Assembly (NCBI GenBank): GCA_963754925.1
Contig: CAVWHX010000008.1
Coordinates: forward strand, 1-34,472
Direction: 5' to 3'
DNA length: 34,472 nt
Source: an uncultured delta proteobacterium
GTDB taxonomy: Bacteria > Myxococcota > B64-G9
A program made the position numbers and the translations under genes. Numbering within the stretch: position 1 is the first letter of the stretch; every line of letters begins with the position of its first letter. Below, piece by piece: positions 1-8,065 of this stretch. The notes beneath the pieces were generated by a model. The model saw nothing but the letters and a program-made list of their open reading frames with translations, did not search any database and had not been told where the DNA came from.

Positions 1-303
1 GTCATTGGAGTTAACTCGTGCAGCCAACTATGTCTGCGACAAAATTCGTGAAGTGATAGACCCGACATTCAGACTTTCTGAAGGTATCCTGATCGTAGAA
101 TCGGTCCATACATGTCCATGTCCATGTTTTGGAGACAACATAGGGTAGAATACCGGGGCATTGAAAGATGCAGCATCCCATATCCCGGGCTCGAAGAATT
201 TATGAAGATACGAACCTCAAGGGACGACGTATTCGGTGCAGGAGTTAACACTGAGGATCCAGAATTCCTAGCATGGGAATCAAGAATGAGAACAGAGGGC
301 TAA
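1..303 (+). CDS. Integron cassette ORF, hypothetical protein (3' part; 5' end outside window; apparent indel near 103)
   Basis: Frame 2 reads SLELTRAANYVCDKIREVIDPTFRLSEGILIVES, then continues in frame 1 (GPYMSMSMFWRQHRVEYRG...) to TAA at 301-303, which lies within an attC R'' box. Confidence 0.6.
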
Positions 304-360
304 CAAGGCTATGAACAGGACGCGCCGTAAGCGTCGCGCCTGTTATGGCCGCCGTTCGGA
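298..360 (+). repeat. attC recombination site 1
   Basis: GGCTAAC...ATGAACAGG-CGCG/CGCG-CCTGTTAT...GTTCGGA. It has R''/L''/L'/R' architecture, an extrahelical G in L'', and overlaps the upstream stop codon. Confidence 0.85.
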
Positions 361-370
361 GAGGGAAGAA

Positions 371-742
371 ATGAAATCGCTTATTGTTATACTGTGTTTG
401 ATAATATTTGGAATAATCTCCTGCTCCAAAAAATCAGATCAAAATGACAAGATGCTGGATGCATCTCCAAGTTTGAGGATCAGTGTTCTGACGTCTGGGA
501 AAATCCTGGTAGGTGGTAAAGAGACAACACTGCCTGAACTCGATAAAATGCTCATAGAACTGAAGAAGGTAAATGGCACGGTATGGTATTACCGAGAAGC
601 AGGGCAAGAAGAACCACCACCTCAAGCAATGGAGGTGATCAAATTGGTTGCGGATAAGTCGCTTCCCGTCACTTTATCCAGCAAGCCCGACTTTTCAGAC
701 TATGTTGGAGAGGATGGTCAATCACATCTGAGAAAGAAATGA
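371..742 (+). CDS. Cassette-encoded lipoprotein with an ExbD/TolR-like periplasmic domain
   Basis: GAGGG then ATG at 371. Signal peptide MKSLIVILCLIIFGIISC with lipobox. LRISVLTSGKILVGGKETTLPELDKML resembles the ExbD C-terminal domain. Confidence 0.6.
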   Translation: MKSLIVILCLIIFGIISCSKKSDQNDKMLDASPSLRISVLTSGKILVGGKETTLPELDKMLIELKKVNGTVWYYREAGQEEPPPQAMEVIKLVADKSLPVTLSSKPDFSDYVGEDGQSHLRKK

Positions 743-744
743 AT

Positions 745-799
745 TCCGAACCAAGCAATAAAGCCGATCGCTGCGCTCCGGCTGATTTTTTCGTTAGGT
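745..799 (+). repeat. attC recombination site 2
   Basis: TCCGAAC-CAAGCAATAAAGCCG...CGGCTGATTTTTTC-GTTAGGT, a short (55 bp) attC. Confidence 0.85.
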
Positions 800-818
800 T
801 GATCAGGAAGCGAACGCT

Positions 819-1414
819 GTGCGACTATTTTTAGACGCGAATGTGATGACCTACGTTGCCTTTTTCGAGGGTTTCCTCGTTGAGGGCACCGCCGCGGAAC
901 TTCGCGAGTGCCGAGAACATTGGGTGAACCTTCAGGGAAGCGAGCCTGATCAATCATTGCGCCGCGAGCTCGAGGCGTTGCGCATTCTCTATGTGCTGGA
1001 TGATCAGGCTCACTTTGACTGGTTGTTTTCTGATGTCGCGTTAGGCGAGATCATCCGAATCCAGAACGCGATCAAGCGTCAGGCGCACGAAGACTTGCTG
1101 TCGCGTCTTCTCGAGCACCGTCACGATATCTACACAGAGCAGAAACTCCTCTGGACCCAGTGTCGATCCTGACGCGACGACAAGCTCTGTTCCCTAACCT
1201 CACCGCGAAGATGCACGACGACGCGGCTCAGTTCTGCGAGGCCGAGATTGTCGAGGCGGATTACTTCGTGAGTAACGACCGAGACTTCAATCGACTGGCC
1301 AACGATACCCCAGCCGGAATCGCTGCCCTGACCCCTTCGGAACTCCCCTTCGTTGCACCCCACATTCGTGGCGCAATCGAACCTCTCTGGGAGGGATTTG
1401 AAGTCGGTAGCTGA
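819..1414 (+). CDS. PIN-domain protein (cassette), split by an apparent indel near 1165
   Basis: N-terminal RLFLDANV and C-terminal DAAQFCEA...DYFVSNDRDF are the PIN acidic motifs. ORFs 819-1172 and 1160-1414 overlap in different frames. Confidence 0.7.
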
Positions 1415-1431
1415 ACACCCGGCGCAGGGCG

Positions 1432-1515
1432 GCCTAACTTATCGCTGAACCTGACAAGCGCTGTTCGTTACTTTGTTCCATCTGCCGCTTGCAGGTTAGC
1501 GATTGTACGTTAGGT
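1432..1515 (+). repeat. attC recombination site 3
   Basis: GCCTAAC-TT-ATCGCTGAACCTG-ACAAGCG...CGCTTG-CAGGTTAGCGAT...GTTAGGT. The L boxes pair with one extrahelical G. Confidence 0.88.
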
Positions 1516-1521
1516 AACAAC

Positions 1522-1686
1522 ATGGCGAATCTGGTCGAACTAGCGAAAAAGTACTTTGCATATGAAAAGTCGGATGACGCGGATTTTCAGCGGAAAGCGC
1601 GTCTTCTTCAATCGATCTGGAGGGAGGAGAAAGGTTTCCCAATAGGTAAACAGATCGGCCAGGTAATGCGCTCGCCGCCCGGCTAG
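1522..1686 (+). pseudogene. Truncated cassette gene; N-terminus resembles PGN_0703-like putative restriction endonucleases
   Basis: MANLVELAKKYF...DFQRKARLLQSIWREEKGFPIG stops abruptly at about 1650 and is joined to GC-rich attC-like sequence. The family assignment is from recalled similarity only. Confidence 0.45.
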
Positions 1687-1699
1687 CTCGTCGTTATGC
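1651..1699 (+). repeat. Partial attC site (right half only)
   Basis: ...CCGGCTAGCTCGTC-GTTATGC has L'/R' form. No matching RYYYAAC left arm is present. Confidence 0.55.
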
Positions 1700-1781
1700 G
1701 GCCAAGCGGGCGCTTCGGCCGGCCCGCCGCCGGTGTCAGCCGATCAGAAAGTGGGCGCGCTGTTGGCGGTCACCTTTATAA

Positions 1782-1825
1782 TTGACATCTCTCTCCTTTA
1801 TACGTACACTACACGTATAAGGAGG
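1782..1825 (+). promoter_or_regulatory. Sigma70 promoter and palindromic operator of the TA cassette
   Basis: TTGACA (1782-1787), 17 bp, TACACT (1805-1810). Inverted repeat TTATACGT (1798-1805)/ACGTATAA (1813-1820) overlaps the -10. AGGAGG SD follows. Confidence 0.85.
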
Positions 1826-1831
1826 AACGCA

Positions 1832-2062
1832 ATGCAGAAAAAACTGACCATAACCGTTGATGAAGAAGTTTATGAGGGCCTCCATAAAACGATTGGGCGT
1901 CGAAAAATCAGCAGATATATTCAAGAAATGGTTAGGCCACATGTCGTACGACCGAATCTGGAAGCGGCCTATGCAGAGATGGCAAAAGACAAACAACGTG
2001 AAGAGGAAGCGCAAGAGTGGGCCGAGAATACCTTTAAGGACATAACCGATGAAACGCCGTGA
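1832..2062 (+). CDS. Type II antitoxin (ribbon-helix-helix-like N-terminus, acidic C-terminus)
   Basis: [18 protein letters not shown]... follows a strong SD and overlaps the toxin start. Confidence 0.85.
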   Translation: MQKKLTITVDEEVYEGLHKTIGRRKISRYIQEMVRPHVVRPNLEAAYAEMAKDKQREEEAQEWAENTFKDITDETP

Positions 2063-2372
2063 GGTGTGGTGGGTAAATTTTGTTCCTTCTATAGGTGGCG
2101 AAATAAGGAAGAAGCGACCCGCCGTAATTGTGAGTAACGATGCTTCAAACCGATTCCTTAATCGAGTTCAGGTTGTACCTCTCACCAGCAACATCGACAA
2201 GCTTTACCCAAGCGAGGCGGCAGTCGCTTTTGAAGGCAAAAAAAGCAAAGCCATGGCTGACCAGTTAGCGACTGTCAGCAAAGAACGACTCTTCAAGCGG
2301 GCGGGTATTCTGTCCCAAGAAGATATGCACAAGGTCGAGAAGGCCATCAAAATCCAATTGGATATTTATTAG
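2049..2372 (+). CDS. mazF: PemK/MazF-family endoribonuclease toxin
   Basis: [31 protein letters not shown]...VQVVPLTS...[14 protein letters not shown] are the PemK/MazF signature motifs. Confidence 0.92.
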   Translation: MKRREVWWVNFVPSIGGEIRKKRPAVIVSNDASNRFLNRVQVVPLTSNIDKLYPSEAAVAFEGKKSKAMADQLATVSKERLFKRAGILSQEDMHKVEKAIKIQLDIY

Positions 2373-2378
2373 AAACCA

Positions 2379-2417
2379 GCCTACTCGTATCACTCTCGGC
2401 TGATTTTTTCGTTAGAC
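2379..2417 (+). repeat. Degenerate terminal attC site
   Basis: CGGCTGATTTTTTCGTTAG is identical to the right arm of attC2. The left arm is eroded. Confidence 0.6.
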
Positions 2418-2470
2418 GTTACCGTGCGTGGAGAGACCATGCCCGGAATCGGTGCTCGAGTTCACTCAAC

Positions 2471-3622
2471 TCAGTCGACACCGATGTAGATCCGCGGGGT
2501 GCCGGGATCGGCGCGGGTGACGATTTCGTAGTTGATGGTATCGGCCCAACCCGCCATTTGCTCCGCGCTGATGCGCTCGTCTTGTTGCTGTCCGAGAAGC
2601 ACCACCTCGTCCTCTAATGAGACCCCGGGGATGTCGGTGACGTCCACCATGGTGAGGTTCATGCAGATGCGGCCACGGATCGGGGCGCGTTGACCGCGAA
2701 CCAATACGTGTCCTTTATTGGACAAGGATCGATCGTAGCCGTTCGCATAGCCGACCGGCAAAATGGCAAGCAGGGTGGTGCGAGTGGTTTTATACGTGCA
2801 TCCGTAACCGACGAAGGCGCCGGCCGGAACCGACTTGACCTGTGCTACTTTTGTCTTCCAGGTCATCGCCGGCTCAAGGGTGAGGAAATTCCGTTCCTCT
2901 TGGCGCGCCGACAGCAAGGTCTCCTTGGAGGGCCAGAGTCCGTATACGCCGACGCCGACCCGCACCAGAGCAAAGTAGGTTTCGGGAAAAAGAATCGCGG
3001 CAGCCGAACACGCGGTGTGGGGCAGGGGGACCTCGAAACCCGCCTGGCGCATGCGGGCCAACAATTCGTTAAAGCGGTTGAGTTGGCCGCGGGCGTAGTC
3101 GTGCTCGGTGGTATCTTCAATGTTTGCGAAGTGGGTGTGGGCGCCCTCCAACAAGAGAGCATTGTCAGCGCGCATGGCCGCAAGCGCGCGCGTCAGTTCG
3201 TCGCCGTTAAACCCAAGACGGTTGGTGCCGGTCTCTAACTTCAGATGGAGTCGGGCAATGCTGCCGAGTTTTCGGGCCTCGCTGCCGGCGGCAATAATGG
3301 TCTCGAGACTCGAGGCGGTGATGCGAACTTCGAGCGCGATAGCCTCGGCCAAATCAGACCGGGGGACGTACCCTAACACCAGGATTGGTGCCGGTACGCC
3401 TGCCTGGCGCAGTATGCTCGCCTCAGTTAAATTGAAGACGCCCAACCATTCGGCGCCTTCGGCGAGGCATAACCGCGCAACGCCGACCATCCCATGGCCA
3501 TACGCGTCACCTTTCACCACCGCCATGAGACGGGTAGTCGGGGGAAGCAATCGGCGAAAACAAGATACATTGGCGCGCAGGGATCGAGCACGTACTTCGA
3601 TCCACGATAGGGGGCTCGGCAT
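2471..3622 (-). CDS. alr: Alanine racemase
   Basis: AVVKGDAYGHG (PLP lysine), HLKLETGTNRLG, VGYGCTY, GRICMN, TINYEI. GGAGG SD precedes the ATG at 3622. Confidence 0.95.
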   Translation of the reverse strand: MPSPLSWIEVRARSLRANVSCFRRLLPPTTRLMAVVKGDAYGHGMVGVARLCLAEGAEWLGVFNLTEASILRQAGVPAPILVLGYVPRSDLAEAIALEVRITASSLETIIAAGSEARKLGSIARLHLKLETGTNRLGFNGDELTRALAAMRADNALLLEGAHTHFANIEDTTEHDYARGQLNRFNELLARMRQAGFEVPLPHTACSAAAILFPETYFALVRVGVGVYGLWPSKETLLSARQEERNFLTLEPAMTWKTKVAQVKSVPAGAFVGYGCTYKTTRTTLLAILPVGYANGYDRSLSNKGHVLVRGQRAPIRGRICMNLTMVDVTDIPGVSLEDEVVLLGQQQDERISAEQMAGWADTINYEIVTRADPGTPRIYIGVD

Positions 3623-3688
3623 GGTATTCCTCCGCGACCGAACCAAACCACAGTGCTCGTCGGCCACGCAAGAGAAAACGAAGCCTCA

Positions 3689-4888
3689 TCAGTCGAATAA
3701 TTGGACCGGCGGAATATCGAAGAGACCTTTAATGATCTCATCGAAGTAATCCGGGAGATAGCGGTTCCAGAGCTTGATCGGCAACTCGCCGAGATCCTTT
3801 CTCGTTGAGGACGGAAATGCGAATAGATACTCCATAAGATACTCAACGTTTTTTGAAAGATGGCCTCGATACTCCTGGCGCATGCGCTGTTCGATGATGC
3901 GGTCTTCGTGCATACAACGACCGATCTCGCTTTCGAGCATCTCTTGATAGTTTGAGACAATCAATTCGATATAGACCCCATCCTCACCCGTGCGCACGAA
4001 ATCGGCAAACTCGCTATGGGCCTGTTCTTGGTTAAGGCCATGCGCCCGCATCAACTGGAGTAAATTTTCCCCCAAGGGTTTTTGGAGAATTCGCTCTTTG
4101 GGAGGCCGATAGCGCACGATGAGATTCGTGGCGTTGTACCTGCCGACATGCGGCTCTTCTTCGATGATGTCGCAACTCTCGGACCGCCGTAGCAGGGCCA
4201 TGAGCTCAAAATGACGCTCGCTTTCGATGATCACCTTGAGGCCGGCCACATCGTTGATCATCAAATCACTGGAGTTTTGAATATGGCGTCGGTTGCGCAG
4301 GTCATCGAGCAACCGTGTTTCAGCCCTGAGGAATTCAGAGATCATGTCTTCTGGTCTGGTGAGCAGTTGCTGGTGCGGAATGCCCATGCGCCGGGCGCGA
4401 TCGTCGGCTAATTCATCGGCACCTTTTTTGATGGTGGTAAAAATTCGGTCGATAATACGCCGGGATCCCTTTTCGGCCAATCGACGCACGCGCTTGATAC
4501 GGTTGGAGCCAACGTAGCGCTCCGCGCCGTCTTGACCGACAAAATACAGCGTGGCCTGAAAAGGCGTCTCTCGATAGAAGCGCTCAGGGTGTCTGTGGTA
4601 GTCGTTGATGAGTTCGTTAACCCGGGCAGTTCGGCATGGTGGGTTCAACGTAATGATATCTTTGAGATCGCCTTTGAGCGCCGCGCGCTTGCTATGTAAG
4701 TCAGTCTGGTGCAACTCATGGAAAAGCCACTCCGAGAACTGTTGGATATATCGAGATACGAAGATACTATTAAAGTTTACGAGTCGAGTGACTAACTCTG
4801 CATCGGATGGACGAGCGTCGTTATACATCCAACGGAGAATCACGTCGTTCAGCACCCCGCGATGCAGATAACTGGTAATGGTTATCAT
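3689..4888 (-). CDS. Uncharacterised protein with a divergent RelA/SpoT synthetase-like (nucleotidyltransferase) domain
   Basis: Intact 399-aa ORF with ordered motifs RIKRVRRLAEK, INDVAGLKVI, GRYNATNLIV, YIELIVSN and ESEIGRCMH, resembling RSH Syn motifs. Confidence 0.55.
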   Translation of the reverse strand: MITITSYLHRGVLNDVILRWMYNDARPSDAELVTRLVNFNSIFVSRYIQQFSEWLFHELHQTDLHSKRAALKGDLKDIITLNPPCRTARVNELINDYHRHPERFYRETPFQATLYFVGQDGAERYVGSNRIKRVRRLAEKGSRRIIDRIFTTIKKGADELADDRARRMGIPHQQLLTRPEDMISEFLRAETRLLDDLRNRRHIQNSSDLMINDVAGLKVIIESERHFELMALLRRSESCDIIEEEPHVGRYNATNLIVRYRPPKERILQKPLGENLLQLMRAHGLNQEQAHSEFADFVRTGEDGVYIELIVSNYQEMLESEIGRCMHEDRIIEQRMRQEYRGHLSKNVEYLMEYLFAFPSSTRKDLGELPIKLWNRYLPDYFDEIIKGLFDIPPVQLFD

Positions 4889-4891
4889 GGC

Positions 4892-6133
4892 TCACTTATT
4901 TTCTCCGCGGGTTTCGTTCAGCCGGGACCGCAGAGCGGCTTTGCAACGTTCCGGTTGCTTCGGATCCAACCAAGTAGCTTTCAGACGGAGCGGCGAGCGC
5001 AACGCGCCGCCGCTCTCAATGAATAAGGGGGTGGGGGATTTTTGGAGCCAGCTCTGCAGTTCGGCGTAGCTAGCGCCAAGCACCTGGTGAGCATCAATCG
5101 CGCGGTACCGATGTCCGGGTAGCACGCCCGCCTCGGCCGCCGGCGAATCCTGACAAACCTCTTGAATCTCAACCACACCATCGGTTGCCAGATAGCAGAG
5201 GCTCAACCCGAGAGCCAATTCCTGGCTGTCTGCTTCGCTGCACGTAATTTGTGGGACGGTTACCTGAGAAAGACGCTGTCCGCTGTTATTCTTTCCGCAA
5301 AACACCTCGACCAGCGTGAAGCGCACCTGCGCGAGTCCGCCATGGCGCAACAATATTTTGATCGGATGTTCACGGCAAGCTTCAAGGTTAGCAATTTCCT
5401 CGTCAGTTGGAAGTTCGCTGACACGCACGTCATTGACGGTGAGAATGAGATCCTGCTCGCCGACACCCACACCAACCAGGGGACCATCCAACACGCCATC
5501 AACGCGTATGCCCTCATCCTCGACATGCAATTGCAATCCTAAAAGGTTGCCGACGTGTTCGATGCTGTCTTCTTGAACGCCTTTAGCTCGTTCGCGATTC
5601 TGCTCAAGGGAGGCGATTGACTGCTCGACCTCGAAGCGTTCGGACCGACTGAGCTCATCAGTATGGCGCTTGAGGAACTCCTGATAGCAGTTTATTTGAA
5701 CGTCTCGTTTGCTGGGCGGAAGCCGACTGCACGTCTGAAGCTCTTGATCAAGCTGGGAAGAAGCACGATCCGACTGAGCGGCTTTCTGGCGGATCTTCAC
5801 CACGTCAGAGTTGGTGAGTCGTTCGCGAGACACAAAGTCGGGATCGGACTGGATCTTCTGTTCCAGCTTAGCCCAACAGGTTTGGCTGTCGTTGATTAAA
5901 TTCTGCTGCTCGAGCTGAAGACATTTGCGGACAAAACTACTGCGGTAAAACCGCTCATCACCAGGGCACTCATCCTCATAGGTGGTGCAGGATACCTGGT
6001 CAGGCGGCTGAATTTTATGGGAGGCGCCGCAACCAGGGGTGAAACAAACAAAAAGCCCCAACGCAACACACGCGCAACTACCACGGAGCCGCCTTAAGAC
6101 CACCACCCGGTCGGGAACATGACATTCTCCCAT
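4892..6133 (-). CDS. Cys-rich exported/lipoprotein with two PDZ-like domains
   Basis: Hydrophobic segment ending PGCG. LGLQL...GIRVDGV...DLILTVND and LGLSL...VEIQEVCQDSPAAEAGV.PG are PDZ-like. The start codon is uncertain. Confidence 0.65.
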   Translation of the reverse strand: MGECHVPDRVVVLRRLRGSCACVALGLFVCFTPGCGASHKIQPPDQVSCTTYEDECPGDERFYRSSFVRKCLQLEQQNLINDSQTCWAKLEQKIQSDPDFVSRERLTNSDVVKIRQKAAQSDRASSQLDQELQTCSRLPPSKRDVQINCYQEFLKRHTDELSRSERFEVEQSIASLEQNRERAKGVQEDSIEHVGNLLGLQLHVEDEGIRVDGVLDGPLVGVGVGEQDLILTVNDVRVSELPTDEEIANLEACREHPIKILLRHGGLAQVRFTLVEVFCGKNNSGQRLSQVTVPQITCSEADSQELALGLSLCYLATDGVVEIQEVCQDSPAAEAGVLPGHRYRAIDAHQVLGASYAELQSWLQKSPTPLFIESGGALRSPLRLKATWLDPKQPERCKAALRSRLNETRGENK

Positions 6134-6151
6134 TTTCTTGGTATATTAATA

Positions 6152-6188
6152 GTATGTCCATGGTAACGGACATACGGCCCAGAGTCAA
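6152..6188 (-). promoter_or_regulatory. Sigma70 promoter of the PDZ/RSH-like/alr operon with a palindromic operator
   Basis: Minus strand TTGACT (6188-6183), 17 bp, TACCAT (6165-6160). The perfect inverted repeat GTATGTCC-N8-GGACATAC (6152-6175) brackets the -10. Confidence 0.7.
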
Positions 6189-6272
6189 CGTTACCTTCAT
6201 TAAAAGCCGGTCGGTCTGAGGTGATCAACGATATGCTTTCTTAACCGTGGGTGCCTGCTCTAAGGGAGGGCA

Positions 6273-7976
6273 ATGCGACCGATGGCGCATACCTTAGGCT
6301 GGTTGATGGTCTTATTATGGACCAGGGCGTTGGCGATAACCCTGGATGCAGAACCCTATCGGCTTTCGCCCCCGGCCGAAGCTGGAGTGCGCGGACACCT
6401 GATGCTGCACACCAACCTACGCGAGCTCGAGGATGCCCGTGGATTGGCATTGCTATTGGATGACCAGCTGGCGGCAGAGCGTATAGAAATCGCCCGGTTA
6501 CAGGCAGCCAACCGATTCGTCACCGTATTGCGAAATGATCCCATCGTAGCCGAAATTAATACCCGGCTCAATGAGCTTTTTAGACAAAGTCTCTCGGACA
6601 GGACACGGCCGCGGTCTGAGATCATAACGAGCGTTGCCGGCCTTTCACCCGAAAAAGTGAAGCCAACGGTCCAACTATGGATCCAGGATCTCTTTCGTCG
6701 TCGGGGGGTGCTGCTGCCCGGGGACCTTGAGCGATTATCCGCAGCCGATCAATCGGATATCTGTCAACAGGTCAACGCCATGAAGACCCTCCGGGGCCTG
6801 CCGATTTGGCGCTATCGGATGCTTGGCTGGCGCTATCGCAACGCCGAGGTGCGCCGGCTCAACCGGGAACGCGATGAACGTCTGCGCATTATAACTCCCG
6901 TCGATATTCGGCCGAGTGACTTTGATTCGTCAACCCGGGAAGCAATTAGTCGGTATCAGACGCTGCTACACAACCTCAAGGTGCAGGTGGTAAAGAATCA
7001 GGCGCTCCCCTATGAACGCTTCCGCACCTTAGAGGGATTATTACGCGGTCTGCGATACATGGACACCATCATGGCAGCGGCCGAGATCACCGGGGTCGAC
7101 GCGCACTTGATGACTCGGTTGTTTATTCAGGAATCGGAGTTCCTTCAAGAACGAGTTTCTGCGGCTGGAGCTTTCTCGATTGCGCAATTTATGGACGTGG
7201 CCGTTAGAGATCTTTGGAGTTCCCGAAAAAGCATCGCGGGCGCTGTTTCGTTGTTGGGATCCATCGAAAACAAAGAGGCTCTAAAGGCTAACATAATCGC
7301 TGATCCGCGCATGGCAATACGTGCGGCCTTTCTGTACTTTCGTCATGTGCGCGACACCATCGTCCGGCGTTTTGAGAATGACGAACAGCCGCTCGATGAG
7401 CGTTTGGCAACAATGATGAGCATTGAGCTCTACACCCTCGACCAGGGTCTCATGCGCTCAGCCGAGCAGGCAACGCTGGACTACCTGGATCAAGTCTGGC
7501 CGGTCGATGAGGTGGGTCTCGCCCTGTCCGGCGGGATACCCATCGGACCAAGTTCCACGTTGGCCGGTTGGATAGAACAGAGCGTGCGGATGCTCGTCGA
7601 GCAGCGTCTTTCGGAAGACGTGTACCGCGGCCGCCGCGATCGCCTCATGTCCGCCCTCGGTCTGGCCGCCTACAATTCCGGGACCGCGACGCTGCTTAAA
7701 ACGGGGAAGCGCCGAGGAGCTTTTGGCGGGCTGGGTTTTCCAATCCAACTTACCGAGACCCGCCGTTATGTGGATGAAATTCTTAACGGCGTGGCCGTGC
7801 TCGAAGGCCTCGAGGGCGTAGTGGCGAGTGTAACCCAGCTCGAGTATGACGATCTCGTGCGACTCTCGGATCACGCCTGTGAATTGGCAGCTCAAAAGAA
7901 AACGACCTCCGATCTCCAAACGCAGACATCGCAGAGCACCCATCCGTCACCTTATTTAAACGCAGCTCAGGAGTAA
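6273..7976 (+). CDS. Exported lytic transglycosylase (SLT domain)
   Basis: Signal peptide (ALA|I), FIQESEF (catalytic Glu), VSAAGAFSIAQFM, AAFLYF, LAAYNSG and ETRRYVDEIL. Confidence 0.8.
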   Translation: MRPMAHTLGWLMVLLWTRALAITLDAEPYRLSPPAEAGVRGHLMLHTNLRELEDARGLALLLDDQLAAERIEIARLQAANRFVTVLRNDPIVAEINTRLNELFRQSLSDRTRPRSEIITSVAGLSPEKVKPTVQLWIQDLFRRRGVLLPGDLERLSAADQSDICQQVNAMKTLRGLPIWRYRMLGWRYRNAEVRRLNRERDERLRIITPVDIRPSDFDSSTREAISRYQTLLHNLKVQVVKNQALPYERFRTLEGLLRGLRYMDTIMAAAEITGVDAHLMTRLFIQESEFLQERVSAAGAFSIAQFMDVAVRDLWSSRKSIAGAVSLLGSIENKEALKANIIADPRMAIRAAFLYFRHVRDTIVRRFENDEQPLDERLATMMSIELYTLDQGLMRSAEQATLDYLDQVWPVDEVGLALSGGIPIGPSSTLAGWIEQSVRMLVEQRLSEDVYRGRRDRLMSALGLAAYNSGTATLLKTGKRRGAFGGLGFPIQLTETRRYVDEILNGVAVLEGLEGVVASVTQLEYDDLVRLSDHACELAAQKKTTSDLQTQTSQSTHPSPYLNAAQE

Positions 7977-8030
7977 CAACGTCCGACGCCCTGCGTTAGA
8001 TTCACAGCTTTTTTACCCATCTAAAGGGTC

Positions 8031-8059
8031 TTGCCGGCGACGAGAAACTGACGTAAGAT
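8031..8059 (+). promoter_or_regulatory. Sigma70 promoter, probably giving a leaderless mRNA
   Basis: TTGCCG (8031-8036), 17 bp, TAAGAT (8054-8059). The ATG lies 6 nt downstream and there is no SD. Confidence 0.55.
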
Positions 8060-8065
8060 CTCGGT

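Larger units (their letters stand above)
1..2417 (+). mobile_element. Integron gene cassette array (distal end, or CALIN); no integrase in window
   Basis: Short co-oriented ORFs separated by attC-like imperfect palindromes at 298-360, 745-799 and 1432-1515, plus half sites ending at 1699 and 2417. The R' core GTTCGGA (354-360) is the exact reverse complement of the next R'' TCCGAAC (745-751). Confidence 0.88.

Noticed and set aside
298..2417. CRISPR array
   Set aside because: The repeats are non-identical, separated by gene-sized spacers and have attC architecture. No cas genes are present.
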